A stretch of 64,000 nucleotides of DNA from positions 1 through 64,000 of the forward strand of contig NW_027590261.1 of the NCBI RefSeq assembly GCF_964213995.1, given 5' to 3'. The stretch comes from Mustelus asterias. Lineage: Eukaryota. This document shows, one piece after another, positions 48,893-61,242 of the stretch. The position numbers and the translations under genes are program-made. Numbering within the stretch: the first letter of the stretch is position 1; every line of letters starts with the position of its first letter. The notes below the pieces were generated by a model. The model made no database searches. It was not told the DNA's origin and worked only from the letters and a program-made list of their open reading frames with translations.

Positions 48893-49650
48893 GTCATAGA
48901 GGTTTACAGCATGGAAACAGACCCTTCGGCCCAACTTGTCCATAACCGCCCTCTTTTTTTAAAACTCCGAAGCTAGTCCCAATTGCCCGCATTTAGCCCA
49001 TCTCTCTCTATACCCATCTTACCCATGTAACTGTCTAAATGCTTTTTAAAAGACAAAGTTTCCCGCCTCTACTACTACCTCTGGCAGCTTGTTCCAGACA
49101 CTCACCACCCTCTGTGTGAAAAATTGCCCCTCTGGAAACTTCTGTATCTCTCCCCTCTCACCTTAAACCTATGCCCTCCAGTTTTAGACACCCCGACCTT
49201 TGGGAAAAGATATTGACTATCTAGCTGATCTATGCCCCTCATTATTTTATAGACCTCCATAAGATCACCTTTCAGCCTTCTACACTCCAGAGAAAAAAGT
49301 CCCAGTCTATCCAGCCTCTCCTTATAACTCAATCCATCAAGTCCTGGTAGCATCCTAGTAAATCTTTTCTGCACTCTTTCTAGTTTAATAATGTTCTTTC
49401 TATAATGTACACAGTTCTGGTCACCCTATTCCAAGTGTGGCCTTATCAATGTCTTGTACAACTTCAACAAGACGTCCCAACTCCTGTATTCAATGTTCTG
49501 ACCGATGAAACCAAGCATGCTGAATGCCTTCTTCACCACTCTGTCCACCTGTGACTCCACTTTCAAGGAGCTATGAACATGTACCCCTAGATCTCTCTTT
49601 TTTATAACTCTCCCCAACGCCCTACCATTAACTGAGTAAGTCCTGCTAAT
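48893..49650 (-). mobile_element. CR1 3' fragment
   Basis: RDLGVHVHSSLK...LYKTLIRPHLE and QKRFTRMLPG...RRLKGDL. Confidence 0.8.
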
Positions 49651-50379
49651 ATCTTTAAGGTTCATTCACTTCTGTTCCTGGGACCATCCTGAAGATATGC
49701 CAAAGCTCCCAGAATTCAATTTAATTATCCTCAGTTTTCCAGATATTCTCCAAGCTCCAAGATCTTACAGGGGAGCTGCTATTGTTTTTTGGCTAAAAAA
49801 AAAGTCAACCTTTCCATTGAGATCTCAAAACTGTGGACTCCTCAGTTTAAGCATGGGTTTCACTGCCTTCTTGTTGAGGGATTTAAACATTGGGAACACC
49901 CCTGGTTCCTAATGACCCTCTAGGCTTCTAGTCTCACAGCTGGTTCACAGCTCCTGGTGCCACAGTTCCTGCTGATTGACCAAGCTGCCTGCAAACTTCC
50001 CTGTGAGGCAAAGAAAAAGTCATGAGGGGTCATTCATTGTTTACGTGTCCTCACCATCAGCTCTGACTTGTTGGATCAACAAAGGCTGCTTCTTAACTCT
50101 AATTAACACAGGCCTGTTTCCGATACATTTACATCAGAGCTGTGTTTACCAGTTTGTCAACAAATGTTTCCATGTCTCTTCATTTAAAAGAATTCCAATC
50201 TCCGACCTATTTTCCAAAACATATGAATGATGAAACTAGATAGTTGCAATAGCTGGCAGGAGCACAATGGGCTGAATGACCTCTGTCTGTGCTCTTTGAG
50301 CCTCATGCATTGAAAGGCAGAGGCTTGTCTTCAATTGTGGATGACATTAAAGAAAACAGCGTCTCCTCTTCTCTCTATG

Positions 50380-52310
50380 TTTAGTTTAATACAAATCTCT
50401 TCTGGAAGTGGCAGATAGAATTTAACAAGAAGTGTGACGGATGTGATTTGGCAGAAGGGACAGGGAGAGGCAATATAGACTGAATGACAAGTTCTAAAGA
50501 ATGAGCAGGGACAGAGGGAGCTGGGGATTCATGTGCAGAGCTCATTGAAGGTTGCAGAGCTGTCAGGAGAAAAATCAGCAAAACAAATGGGATCTTGGGC
50601 TTCAGATATAAAGATATTGATTACAAAGGCGGCAAAAGTATGCTGAATGTTTATAAAACTCTGGTGAGGCCACAACTAGAGTTTTGTGTCCAGTTTTGCT
50701 CACTGCACTTTAGGATGTGAGGGTCATTGAGAGGGTGCAGAGGAGATTTACCAGAATGGTTCCGGGGTTGAGGAATTGCAGAGTTGTTAAGGGCGTTGTC
50801 TAGGGCGGCACGGTAGCACAGTGGTTAGCACTGCTGCTTCACAGCTCCAGGGTCCTGGGTTCGATTCCTGGCTCGGGTCACTGTCTGTGTGGAGTTTGCA
50901 CATTCTCCTCGTGTCTGCGTGGGTTTCCTCCGGGTGCTCCGGTTTCCTCCCACAGTCCAAAGATGTGCGGGTTAGGTTGATTGGCCAGGTTAAAAATTGC
51001 CCCTTAGAGTCCTGAGATGCGTAGGTTAGAGGGATTAGTGGGTAAATATGTGGGGGTAGGGCCTGGGTGGGATTGTGGTCGGTGCAGACTCGATGGGTCG
51101 AATGGCCTCCTTCTGCACTGTAGGGTTTCTATGATTTCTATTCTATGATTAAGGCGGAGGAGGAGGCTATTTGGCCCATTGCATCTGCACCAGCTCTCCA
51201 AAGGAGCATTATGGCTTGGTGCCATTCCCCTGAACCCAAGCATTTTGTTTCTATTGTAGCTACAAGGTTAGGTTGGAGAAAGTGAGCTTGTTCTTTCTGG
51301 AGAAAAGGGGGTTGCAGGGTGATTTGATGGAGGTGCAGAAGTTTATGTTTAGACAAGGTGAACAAAGAAAACCTGTTCCTATTAGCCGATGGTGCAAGGA
51401 GGAGGGGGCACAGATTGAAGATTTTGGTCAAGAAATGTAAAGGGGCTGTGAGGAAGAATATTTTTACACTGCGAGTGGCAATGACCTGGAACACTCTGCC
51501 CCTGAGGGGAATGGAAGGAGAGAAAACAAACATTTTGGGAATGAAGTTGTGGGAAATAAACTTCCAGGGTTACGGGGATATATTGGGACAATGGGACTGA
51601 CTGGTTTGCTTTCCAGAGCTGGCACGGATTCAGCAGGTGAATGGCCTCATTTCTTACACTAATGACTCTCTGATCTAAGGAGAGAAATTTCAAGATCTCC
51701 AGTCCCTCATCCCTGGTGCCATTCTTATAAATCCACTCTCCAGCTCTCAAAGAACTTTTCTTCAATGGCCCATATACAGGGTTCCATTCTAGAGGGATAG
51801 AATTGAAAAGCAGGGAGGTTCTGTTCAACTTGTTCAGAACCAGGGTTAGACTGCACTGGGAGCACTGTCAACATTCATAATCTCCGTTTAGAAAAGTGTA
51901 ATAGAGGCACTGGAGAAGGAGCAACAAAGATTCACAAGAATAATCCCAGAACTGAGAGGATTTAACCCTCAGGAAAGACTGGGGCTGCTTTTCTCGAGAA
52001 AAGAGAAAACTGAAGGGTGACCTGATGGAAGTCTTTAAGATTATGAAGGGGTTCAATAATCCAATAGGGATTTCAGTGAGAAACCTCTTTACCAGCGAGT
52101 GGTGAGAATGTGGAACTCACCACCACAGCGAGTGGTTGAGGTGAACAGCATGAATACATTGAAGGGGAAGCTAGATACATACATGAGGGAGAGAGGAATA
52201 GAAGGATATGCTGATGGGGGGAGATGAAGAGGGGTGGGTGGAGGCTCATGTGGAGCATAAATACTGACATAGACCAATTGAGCTGACTGGCCCGGCCCTG
52301 TGCTGTAGAC
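50380..52310 (+). mobile_element. old CR1 fragments with a young HE1-like SINE (50803-51148)
   Basis: Degenerate RT C-terminal motifs; the SINE is near-identical to 36874-37205. Confidence 0.7.
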
Positions 52311-52598
52311 TCAATGGAACAGAGACAAATGTATTTATTTTAGATCTACCTGTAGTGGTAGAAAAACACTATTTATTATCCAGGGTAAAACATTCCATTA
52401 GTTTTTGTGGATCATTTTGTGGAAGTGTGCACTCCCAGGCTCAAAGTGCATCAGCCCATTGGATGCAAAGTCATGAGACCGGCCAGTCCAACAGAGAGAA
52501 ACCCTCCGACCCTCCCACTTCACCCACTGTCTGAATGAACATGGTTCAGTCCTGGATGCGACTAACAGCAGCAGTAACAGCAGAATCCACTCCTGTCA

Positions 52599-53105
52599 TC
52601 ACTTATGGATTTGCTGGTGTCTCAGCAGGTTGGATAACTGAGTGAATCCTTTACCACAGTCGGAGCAGATGAATGGCCTCTCCCCAGTGTGAACTCGCTG
52701 GTGTAAGCGCAGAGTGTATGAATCACGGAATCGTTTCTCACACTGAGAGCAGGTGACAGTTCTCTCCCTGCTGTCAGCTCGCTGGTGCCTCAGCAAATTA
52801 GATAAATGACTGAAACCCTTCCCACACTCATTGCAGGTGAACGGCCTCTCCCCAGTGTGAATTCGCTGGTGTGACTGCAGGTTGGATGAATCACTGAATC
52901 CCTTCCCACAGTCAGAGCAGGAGAATGGTCTCTCCCCAGTGTGAACTCGCTGATGTCTCAGTAAGTTGGACAGCTGCGCAAATCCCTTCCCACAGTCTGA
53001 GCAGGTGAATGGCCTCTCTCCGACATGACTGCGTTGATGAGTTTCCAGTGCAGAGGGTGTACAAAATCCCCTCCCACAGTCCCCACATTTCCACCGTTTC
53101 TCCAC
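52599..53105 (-). pseudogene. C2H2 zinc-finger gene ZNF-6 with ATG->GTG start loss (5 intact + 1 degenerate finger)
   Basis: Open frame (V)EKRWKCGDC...HK*. Paralogs have ACCATGGAGAAA where this copy has AGTGTGGAGAAA. There is an in-frame TGA shortly upstream and no internal Met. Acceptor tttgcag near 53458. Confidence 0.7.
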
Positions 53106-53739
53106 ACTGCAGGTGTCCTTGTGCCTCTCCCAAGTTCAAGGATCAGCTAAAACCTCATCAACACAAAACACATGTACTATCTCTCCGCATTGTGAATGGT
53201 GCGAGGTTTTAACAGACTCTGTCACCACATTAAACTCTTCCACAGTCAGTTCACTGGAACACTCTCACTCGGGTGTGTGTGCGGGTCTTGGTGCTTTTCC
53301 AATCACACTGGTGTTTCAAATCTTTTGAAGCAAACTGAACAGACAAACATTTCTCCTTTGAGAGTCAAAGGCCGATGATATTCAGCTCCGAGTGAAGTGA
53401 AGGATTCTGGTTGGTCTTGGCATGACGTCTGCTTTGAATTTTCTGCTTCCTAATGTCCTGCAAAAGGAGTTTACAAAAGTCATCACTGTCAGTTGGAATA
53501 GAAATTCAGCACAGGCAATTCTAGTTTCTGTGGAACATTCTTTCCTCTCTCATTCTAAGTAAAGCTGTAAATCTCCATCCCACAGATTCCCTCTCTGTTT
53601 TCACTCTGCTGTCCCAATGTTCAGCCTCCCAATTCCCCAGAGAGTGACAATTCATGCTGATTGACAGCTCCATGCTCACTGCTTCTTGTCGAGGATGCAG
53701 CCCTGAAAATCTAGATGCAAACTGCGAGACTAAAAACTT

Positions 53740-53980
53740 ATGTTTAGATTCAATCTTTTTGGCCAACCAAATACACTAAATCAAATTAACGAGGGAACAA
53801 ATTAAAATGGGCATCTCCCAAAAGGAGGGCAACCACCCAAAACAAAAGACAAACTGGAAAGGAAATTTAAAACATCAAATCAAATGTGATTAAAGGGGTC
53901 AATGATGCACCCCTGTCTCCCTGCGGTGCCCAGCAGACACAGAAGGTGTTAACGGTGCCCTTGGACACCGAATGCTCAGA
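53740..53980 (-). mobile_element. possible Tx1/L1-type LINE 3' end
   Basis: The minus frame EHSVSKGTVNTFCVCWAPQG resembles Tx1 ORF2 C-termini and is followed by a T-rich UTR. Confidence 0.35.
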
Positions 53981-54119
53981 TCCTAGACCAGAATTTGTTG
54001 AAAATACAGAGAAAACATCAAAGGGATTAGACAAAGACAACATGGATTTACGAAAGGGAAATCACGCCTCAGAAATATACTGGAGATTTTTGAGGATGTC
54101 ACCAGTAAAACAGATAAGG

Positions 54120-54980
54120 TGAACCAGTGGATGCAGTGTATTTAGATTTTCAGACAGCTTTTGATAGAGACACAAATAAAAGATTAGTGTGCAAAATTAA
54201 AGACCAAAGAATGGAGTAATATATTGGTATGGATTGAGAATTGGTTAGCAGACATGAAACAGAAAGTGGGAGTAAATGGATCTTTTACAAAGTGGCAGGT
54301 GGTGACTGGTGGGGTCATGCAGGGGTTAGTGCTTGGACCCCGGCTACTCACAATATACATCAATAATTTGGATGAGGGAACCAAATGTAATATTTCCAGG
54401 TTTGCTGATGACATGAAACTTGGCAGGAATGTGAGTGGTGAGAAGGATGTCAAGAGACTTCAAGGCGATTTAGACAAGTTGAGTGAATGGGTAAATAAGA
54501 ACATAAGAAATAGGAGCAGGAGTAGGCCATCTCGGCCCTCAAGCCTGCCCCGCCATTCAATAAAATCATGGCTGATCTGAAGTGGATCAGTTCCACTTAC
54601 CCGCCTGATCCCTATAACCCCTAATTCCCTTACCGATCAGGAATCCATCTATCCGTGATTTAAACATATTCAACGAGGTAGCCTCCACCACCTCAGTGGG
54701 CAGAGAATTCTGAGATTCACCACCCTCTGAGAGAAGAAGTTCCTCCTCAACTCTGTCCTAAACTGACCCCCCTTTATTTTGAGGCTGTGCCCTCTAGTTC
54801 TAGCTTCCTTTCTAAGTGGAAAGAATCTCTCCACCTCTACCCTGTCCAGCCCCTTCATTATCTTATAGGTCTTTATAAGATCCCCCCTCAGCCTTCTAAA
54901 TTCCAACGAGTACAAACCCAATCTGCTCAGTCTCTCCTCATAATCAACACCCCTCATAAATATATGGCAGATGCAGTTTA
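54120..54980. mobile_element. old plus-strand CR1 RT fragment (54120-54495) containing a minus-strand CR1 3' end (54496-54955)
   Basis: Host ...LDKLSEWVN resumes as aaatatatggcagatgcagtt (W-Q-M-Q) after the insert. Confidence 0.75.
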
Positions 54981-57900
54981 AGACCATAAGACCATAAGAC
55001 ATAGGAGCGGAAGTAAGGCCATTCGGCCCATCGAGTCCACTCCACCATTCAATCATGGTTGATTTCAACTCCATTTACCCGCTCTCTCCCCATAGCCCTT
55101 AATTCCTTGAGAAATCAAGAATTTATCAATTTCTGTCTTGAAGACGCTCAACGTCTCGGCCTCCACAGCCCTCTGTGGCAATGAATTCCACAGACCTACC
55201 ACTCTCTGGCTGAAGAAATTTCTCCTCATCTCTGTTCTAAAGTGACTCCCATTTATTCTAAGGCTGTGCCCCCGCGTCCTAGTCTCCCCTGCTAATGGAA
55301 ACAACTTCCCTACGTCCATCCTATCTAAGCCGTTCATTATCTTGTAAGTTTCTATTAGATCTCCCCTCAACCTCCTAAACTCCAATGAATATAATCCCAC
55401 GATCCTCAGACGTTCATCGTATGTCAGGCCTACCATTCCTGGGATCATCCGTGTGAATCTCCGTTGGACCCGCTCCAGTGCCAGTATGTCCTTCCTGAGG
55501 TGCGGGGCCCAAAATTGCTCACAGTACTCCAAATGGGGCCTAACCAGTGCTTTATAAAGCCTCAGAAGTACATCCCTGCTTTTGTATTCCAAGCCTCTTG
55601 AGATAAATGACAACATTACATTTGCTTTCTTAATTACGGACTCAACCTGCAAGTTTAACTTTAGAGAATCCTGGACGAGGACTCCCAAGTCCCTTTGCAC
55701 TTTAGCATTATGAACTTTGTCACCGTTTAGAAAATAGTCCATGCCTCTATTCTTTTTTCCAAAGTGCAAGACCTCGCACTTGCCCACGTTGAATTTCATC
55801 AGCCACTTCTTGGACCACTCTCCCAAACTGTCTAAATCTTTCTGCAGCCTCCCCACCTCCTCAATACTACCTGCCCCTCCACCTATCTTTGTATCATCGG
55901 CAAACTTGGCCAGAATGCCCCCAGTCCCGTCATCTAGATCGTTAATATATAAAGAGAACAGCTGTGGCCCCAACACTGAACCCTGCGGGACACCACTTGT
56001 CACCGGTTGCCATTCTGAGAAAGAACCTTTTATCCCAACTCTCTGCCTTCTGTCTGACAGCCAATCGTCAATCCATGTTAGTACCTTGCCTCGAATACCA
56101 TGGGCCCTTATTTTACTTATCAGTCTCCCGTGAGGCACCTTGTCAAAGGCCTTTTGGAAGTCAAGATAGATAACATCCATTGGCTCTCCTTGGTCTAACC
56201 TATTTGTTATCTCTTCAAAGAACTCTAACAGGTTTGTCAGGCACGATCTCCCCTTACTAAATCCATGCTGGCTTGTCCTAATCCGACCCTGCACTTCCAA
56301 GAATTTAGAAATCTCATCCTTAACGATGGATTCTAGAATTTTGCCAACAACTGAGGTTAGGCTAATTGGCCTATAATTTTCCATCTTTTTTCTTGTTCCC
56401 TTCTTGAACAGTGGGGTTACAACAGCGATTTTCCAATCCTCTGGGACTTTCCCTGACTCCAGTGACTTTTGAAAGATCATAACCAACGCCTCCACTATTT
56501 CTTCAGCTATCTCCTTTAGAACTCTAGGATGTAGCCCATCTGGGCCCGGAGATTTATCAATTTTCAGACCTTTTAGTTTCTCTAGCACTTTCTCCTTTGT
56601 GATGGCAACCATATTCAACTCTGCCCCCTGACTTTCCTGAATTGTTGGGATATTACTCATGTCTTCTACTGTGAAGACTGACGCAAAGTACTTATTCAGT
56701 TCCTCAGCTATTTCCTTGTCTCCCATCACTAGATTACCAGCGTCATTTTGGAGCGGCCCAATGTCTACTTTTGCCTCCCGTTTGTTTTTAATGTATTTTA
56801 AGAAACTTTTACTATCATTCCTAATGTTACTGGCTAGCCTACCTTCATATTTGATCCTCTCCTTCCTTATTTCTCTCTTTGTTATCCTCTGTTTGTTTTT
56901 ATAGCCTTCCCAATCTTCTGACTTCCCACTACTCTTTGCCACATTATAGGCTCTCTCTTTTGCCTTGATGCATTCCCTGACTTCCTTTGTCAGCCATGGC
57001 TGCCTAATCCCCCCTCTGATAACCTTTCTTTTGTTTGGGATGAACCTCTGCACTGTGTCCTCAATTACTCCCAGAAACTCCTGCCATTGCTGTTCTACTG
57101 TCTTTCCCACTAGGCTCTGCTTCCAGTCGATCTTTGTCAGTTCTTCCCTCATGCGCCTGTAATTACCTTTATTTAACTGTAGAACCTTCACATCTGATTC
57201 TGCCTTCCTTCTTTCAAATTTCAGACTGAATTCTACCATATTATGATCGCTGCTTCCTAAGTGTTCCCTTACTTTCAGATTTTTTATCACGTCTGGCTCA
57301 TTATATAACACTAAGTCCAGAATAGCCTGTTCCCTCGTGGGCTCCATCACAAGCTGTTCCAAAAAGCCATCCTGTAAACATTCAATGAATTCCCTTTCTT
57401 TGGATCCACTGGCAACATTATTTACCCAGTCCACCTGCATATTGAAATCCCCCATGATCACTGTGACCTTGCCTTTCTGACATGCCCTTTCTATTTCGTG
57501 GTGCATTTTGTGCCCCTGGTCCTGACCACTGTCAGGAGGCCTGTACATAACTCCCATTATGGTTTTTTTGCCTTTGTGGTTCCTCAACTCTACCCACACA
57601 GACTCCACATCGTCTGACCCTATGTCGTTTAGTGCTATTGATTTAATTTCATTTCTAATTAACAAGGCAACCCCGCCCCCTCTACCCACCTCTCTGTCTT
57701 TTCGATAGGTTGTGAATCCCTGGATGTTTAACTGCCAGTCCTGAACCCCCTGCAACCACGTCTCTGTGATGCCTACCACATCATACCTGCCAGTCACAAT
57801 CTGGGCCACAAGCTCATCTACCTTGTTCCGGACACTGCGGGCATTTAAATATAGCACCTTTAATTCCCTATTGACCGTCCCTTTTTGTTTTCGTAGTGTG

Positions 57901-58401
57901 GTGGACCTTGGTTTACTGAGCCTTTCCAGACACTGTGTCATATTTTGTGAGATGGGGACTATCGTAACCTTTCCTGAGCGCTGTCTTTTCGTGATTTTTT
58001 GTAATCCTAAGCAGCTACGCTTCCCACTGATTCCTTCACCTCTTGGTTCCCTGACTTTCCCTTCCCCCCCAATCTCTAGTTTAAAGTCCTATTGACCACC
58101 CTATTTACTCTCTTCGCCAGAACACTGATCCCAGCTCGGTCCAGGTGGAGACCATCCCAACGGTATAGGTCCCCCCTGCCCCAAAACTGATGCCAGTGTC
58201 CCATGAAAAAGAACCCTTCTTTCCCACACCACTCTTTCAGCCACGTGTTAACTTCCCTTATTCTTGCCTCCCTATGCCAATTTGCACGTGGCTCGGGCAG
58301 TAATCCGGAGATTATGACCCTTGAGGACCTGTTTTTTAATTTGAATCCTAGCTCTTTATGATCTCTAAACAGGTCCTCTTTCCTAGACTTGCCTATGTTG
58401 A
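54980..58401 (-). mobile_element. young CR1 LINE, truncated within ORF1, ORF2 intact
   Basis: ORF1 C-terminus (NIGKS...ISGLLPEP...DGLHL) at 58076-58401, followed by ORF2 and a (tcttatgg)n tail. Confidence 0.95.
55065..57941 (-). CDS. LINE ORF2: APE endonuclease + reverse transcriptase (958 aa, uninterrupted)
   Basis: YLNARS, ITETW, GDFN, SDH; DFQKAFDKV, GVPQGSVLGP, FADD. Confidence 0.95.
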   Translation of the reverse strand: MTQCLERLSKPRSTTLRKQKGTVNRELKVLYLNARSVRNKVDELVAQIVTGRYDVVGITETWLQGVQDWQLNIQGFTTYRKDREVGRGGGVALLIRNEIKSIALNDIGSDDVESVWVELRNHKGKKTIMGVMYRPPDSGQDQGHKMHHEIERACQKGKVTVIMGDFNMQVDWVNNVASGSKEREFIECLQDGFLEQLVMEPTREQAILDLVLYNEPDVIKNLKVREHLGSSDHNMVEFSLKFERRKAESDVKVLQLNKGNYRRMREELTKIDWKQSLVGKTVEQQWQEFLGVIEDTVQRFIPNKRKVIRGGIRQPWLTKEVRECIKAKERAYNVAKSSGKSEDWEGYKNKQRITKREIRKERIKYEGRLASNIRNDSKSFLKYIKNKREAKVDIGPLQNDAGNLVMGDKEIAEELNKYFASVFTVEDMSNIPTIQESQGAELNMVAITKEKVLEKLKGLKIDKSPGPDGLHPRVLKEIAEEIVEALVMIFQKSLESGKVPEDWKIAVVTPLFKKGTRKKMENYRPISLTSVVGKILESIVKDEISKFLEVQGRIRTSQHGFSKGRSCLTNLLEFFEEITNRLDQGEPMDVIYLDFQKAFDKVPHGRLISKIRAHGIRGKVLTWIDDWLSDRRQRVGIKGSFSEWQPVTSGVPQGSVLGPQLFSLYINDLDDGTGGILAKFADDTKIGGGAGSIEEVGRLQKDLDSLGEWSKKWLMKFNVGKCEVLHFGKKNRGMDYFLNGDKVHNAKVQRDLGVLVQDSLKLNLQVESVIKKANVMLSFISRGLEYKSRDVLLRLYKALVRPHLEYCEQFWAPHLRKDILALERVQRRFTRMIPGMVGLTYDERLRIVGLYSLEFRRLRGDLIETYKIMNGLDRMDVGKLFPLAGETRTRGHSLRINGSHFRTEMRRNFFSQRVVGLWNSLPQRAVEAETLSVFKTEIDKFLISQGIKGYGERAGKWS

Positions 58402-58654
58402 CAGGAACTTGTGTAAAATAAAACTGAGACACAGGTGAGTTGAGTAATGAATGAAACAAGGCCGAACACAGCAGTATCTCCGATGATGCTGAATGTAAGA
58501 GAAACAGATCAAATCTATTCCTGGGGAAGTGCAGCAACAGCTTAGAAATTGTCGGGTGTGGTGTAGATAGAGGCATGGCTGCGTGCGTCAATAACTGTGA
58601 CTTCACTGAGTGCATTGGAAACAGTGACATAGTTGAGTGAAGCAATAACTAAGT

Positions 58655-59520
58655 AAACAAAGAACAAAGAACAATACAGCACAGGAACAGGCCCTTCGGC
58701 CCTCCAAGCCCGCGCCGCTCCCCGGTCCAGGATTGAATCCTGAATCCAGGACCCCCGCCCATTTTTCCAGCCTATCTACATACCAATATCCTATCCACCG
58801 AGCTGTCCCTCACAGCTACGATGCTTTGTTCATTACAACCTATTAACTCACCCCCACCCCCCCATTCCAGACCATGTGATCTCCAGGGAGAGGCGAAAAC
58901 CCAGAGTGAAAAACCCCAGGGCCAATATGGGGAAAAAGAATCTGGGAAATTCCTCTCCGACCCCCTGAGGCGATCGAAACGAGTCCAGGAGATCACAATG
59001 GCCCCGATCGGAAAATGCTTCCCAACCCTAGTCATTTCCACTTCCACGAACACCATATGAATTGAAACGAGAAACAAGGAACAATTAGCCCGTGCTGCTC
59101 CCTGGTCCAAACTAGACCACTCTTTTGTATCCCTCCATTCCCACTCCGTTCATATAGCTGTCGAGATAAGTCTTAAACGTTCCCAGTGTGTCCGCCTCCA
59201 CCACCTTGCCCGGCAACACATTCCAGGCCCCCACGACCCTCTGTGTGAAATATGTCCTTCTGATATCTGTGTTAAACCTCCCCCCCTTCACCTTGAACCT
59301 ATGACCCCTCGTGAACGTCACCACCGACCCGGGGAAAAGCTTCCCACCGTTCACCCTATCTATGCCTTTCATAATTTTATACACCTCTATTAAGTCTCCC
59401 CTCATCCTCCGTCTTTCCAAGGAGAACAACCCCAGTTTCCCCAATCTCTCCTCATAACCAAGCCCCTCCATACCAGGCAACATCCTGGTAAACCTCAGGC
59501 AACATCCTGGTAAACCTGGT
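58655..59520 (-). mobile_element. CR1 3' fragment with long UTR
   Basis: Reverse complement of 36181-36784 with an internal ~90-nt deletion; RFTRMLPG...GYKRVV*. Confidence 0.88.
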
Positions 59521-59590
59521 AAAGACCAATTGTAGTATATACAGAGGGATAGCCCCATGCATTAAGAAGAGAAACTGTATCTAGTTTGTA

Positions 59591-59878
59591 GGGGTGGCAC
59601 AGTGGTTAGCACTGCAGCCTCTCAGCGCCAGGGACCCGGGTTCGATTCCCGACTTGCGTCACTGTCTGTGTGGAGTCTGCATGTTCTCCCCGTGTCTGGG
59701 TTTCCTCCGAGTGCTCCGGTTTCCTCCCACAGTCTGAAAGACATGCTGTTCGGTGGATTGGCCATGCTAAATTCTCCCTCAGTGAAGCCGAACAGTGCCG
59801 GAGTGTGGCAACTAGGGGATTTTCACAGCAACTTCATTGCAGTGTTAATGTAAGCCTACTTGTGACACTAATAAATAA
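59591..59878 (+). mobile_element. HE1-like SINE, tail type A
   Basis: ggggtggcacagtggttagc...gggttcgattccc...gtgacactaataaata. Confidence 0.88.
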
Positions 59879-60369
59879 CATTGAAACTGTATGAAGTGTT
59901 ATATACACAGATACAGTGCTGAGGTAAAGAGAAATGGAGACATGCTCCACATTCATTACCCAGACATGGTCTAGTTTATTTTTTATAAAGAGTGACATGG
60001 TTAAATGCAGTGATAATTTAAGCAGGTCCCCTCCCTAACAGCACTGTGGGTGTACCTACACCACATAGACAGCAGCGGGTTCAAGGCGGCAGCTCACCAC
60101 CACCTTCTCCAGGGCAACTAGGAATGGGCAATAAATGCTGACCTAGCCAGTGACACCCACATCACAAGAATCAATAAATATTCATCTAACCCAGCACATT
60201 GTCCAATGAAATATCAATCCATACATGGTATTAATACAGTGAGAACTCAAAAAGGGTTGATTGTAGTGTCCACAGCAGCATGGTGTAATGTAGTATTCAC
60301 TGAGACAACTGAGCGTATAAACAGCGACTGGGTTGAGTGCAGTGATAAGTGGGAAAGGAGCGAATGTCC

Positions 60370-60560
60370 GGGATTCTCCGGCTGTTCACTCGTGGGGAAT
60401 TCTCTGCTCTCGTTCCCCTGCCTCTGGTTTCCTGCTAGCGTGAGGTGACTTCAATGGGAAATCCCATTGACAGCGACAGGACCAAAAACTCCCTCCGCTA
60501 GTGAACGGTGTGTCACCTCTCACTGCCCAGAAAGCTGCTGAGGGGAGACTGGAGGATCCC
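60370..60560. mobile_element. palindromic MITE-like element
   Basis: Inverted ends gggattctcc/ggaggatccc, internal gttcact/agtgaac, central tcaatggga-aa-tcccattga. Confidence 0.55.
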
Positions 60561-60656
60561 AGAAACTATGTTAAAAATAGCCACATTGGCAACAGCAGGA
60601 AAATATTACATCCCAAACTCAGTAATATTCACAATGATATTCTCCAATCAGCTGAA

Positions 60657-60880
60657 GGGCAGAGATTACTGATACAAGACCCAGATTGTAATAACTGCGG
60701 GAGGTTTCGGACAGAGATTACTGATACAAGACCCAGATTAATAACTGAGAGAGGTTTCGGGCAGAGTTTACTGATACAAGGCCCATATTGTAATAACTGA
60801 GAGAGGTTTCGGGCAGAGTTTACTGATACCAGGCCCAGATTGTAATAACTGAGAGAGGTTTCGGGCAGAGTTCACTGATA
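60657..60880 (+). repeat. minisatellite, ~52-bp unit, ~4.3 copies
   Basis: Unit gggcagagtttactgatacaagacccagattgtaataactgagagaggtttc starts at 60657, 60709, 60759, 60811 and 60863. Confidence 0.92.
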
Positions 60881-61242
60881 CATGATCCGGCAGGATTTAC
60901 TGTTTGATAATCCAGCTGTTTGGCCCCGTTATGAGCACACCTTCCATGGCCATCAAGTCCGGAAGTCGGCCTTGAACCCTTGAAGAATGTGAGGCGATCC
61001 CATTGAAACAGACTTAAAATTCTTACAGGGTGTGACAGGGTGGATGTAGATTGGATGTTTCCCCTGGCTGGTGAGACTAGAACCAGGGGACACAATCTCA
61101 GAATCAGGGGCAGACCATTGAAGACTGAGATGAGGAGGAATTTCTTCACTCAGAGGGTGGTGAATCTTTGGGATTTTCTATTCCAGGGGGATGTGGAAGC
61201 CCAATCATTCAGCATGTTCAAGATGCAAATCGATTGTGTGAA

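Noticed and set aside
60657-60880. Regularly spaced repeats resembling a CRISPR array
   Set aside because: The units are contiguous ~52-bp tandem copies with no unique spacers, there are no cas genes, and the genome is vertebrate. It is a minisatellite.
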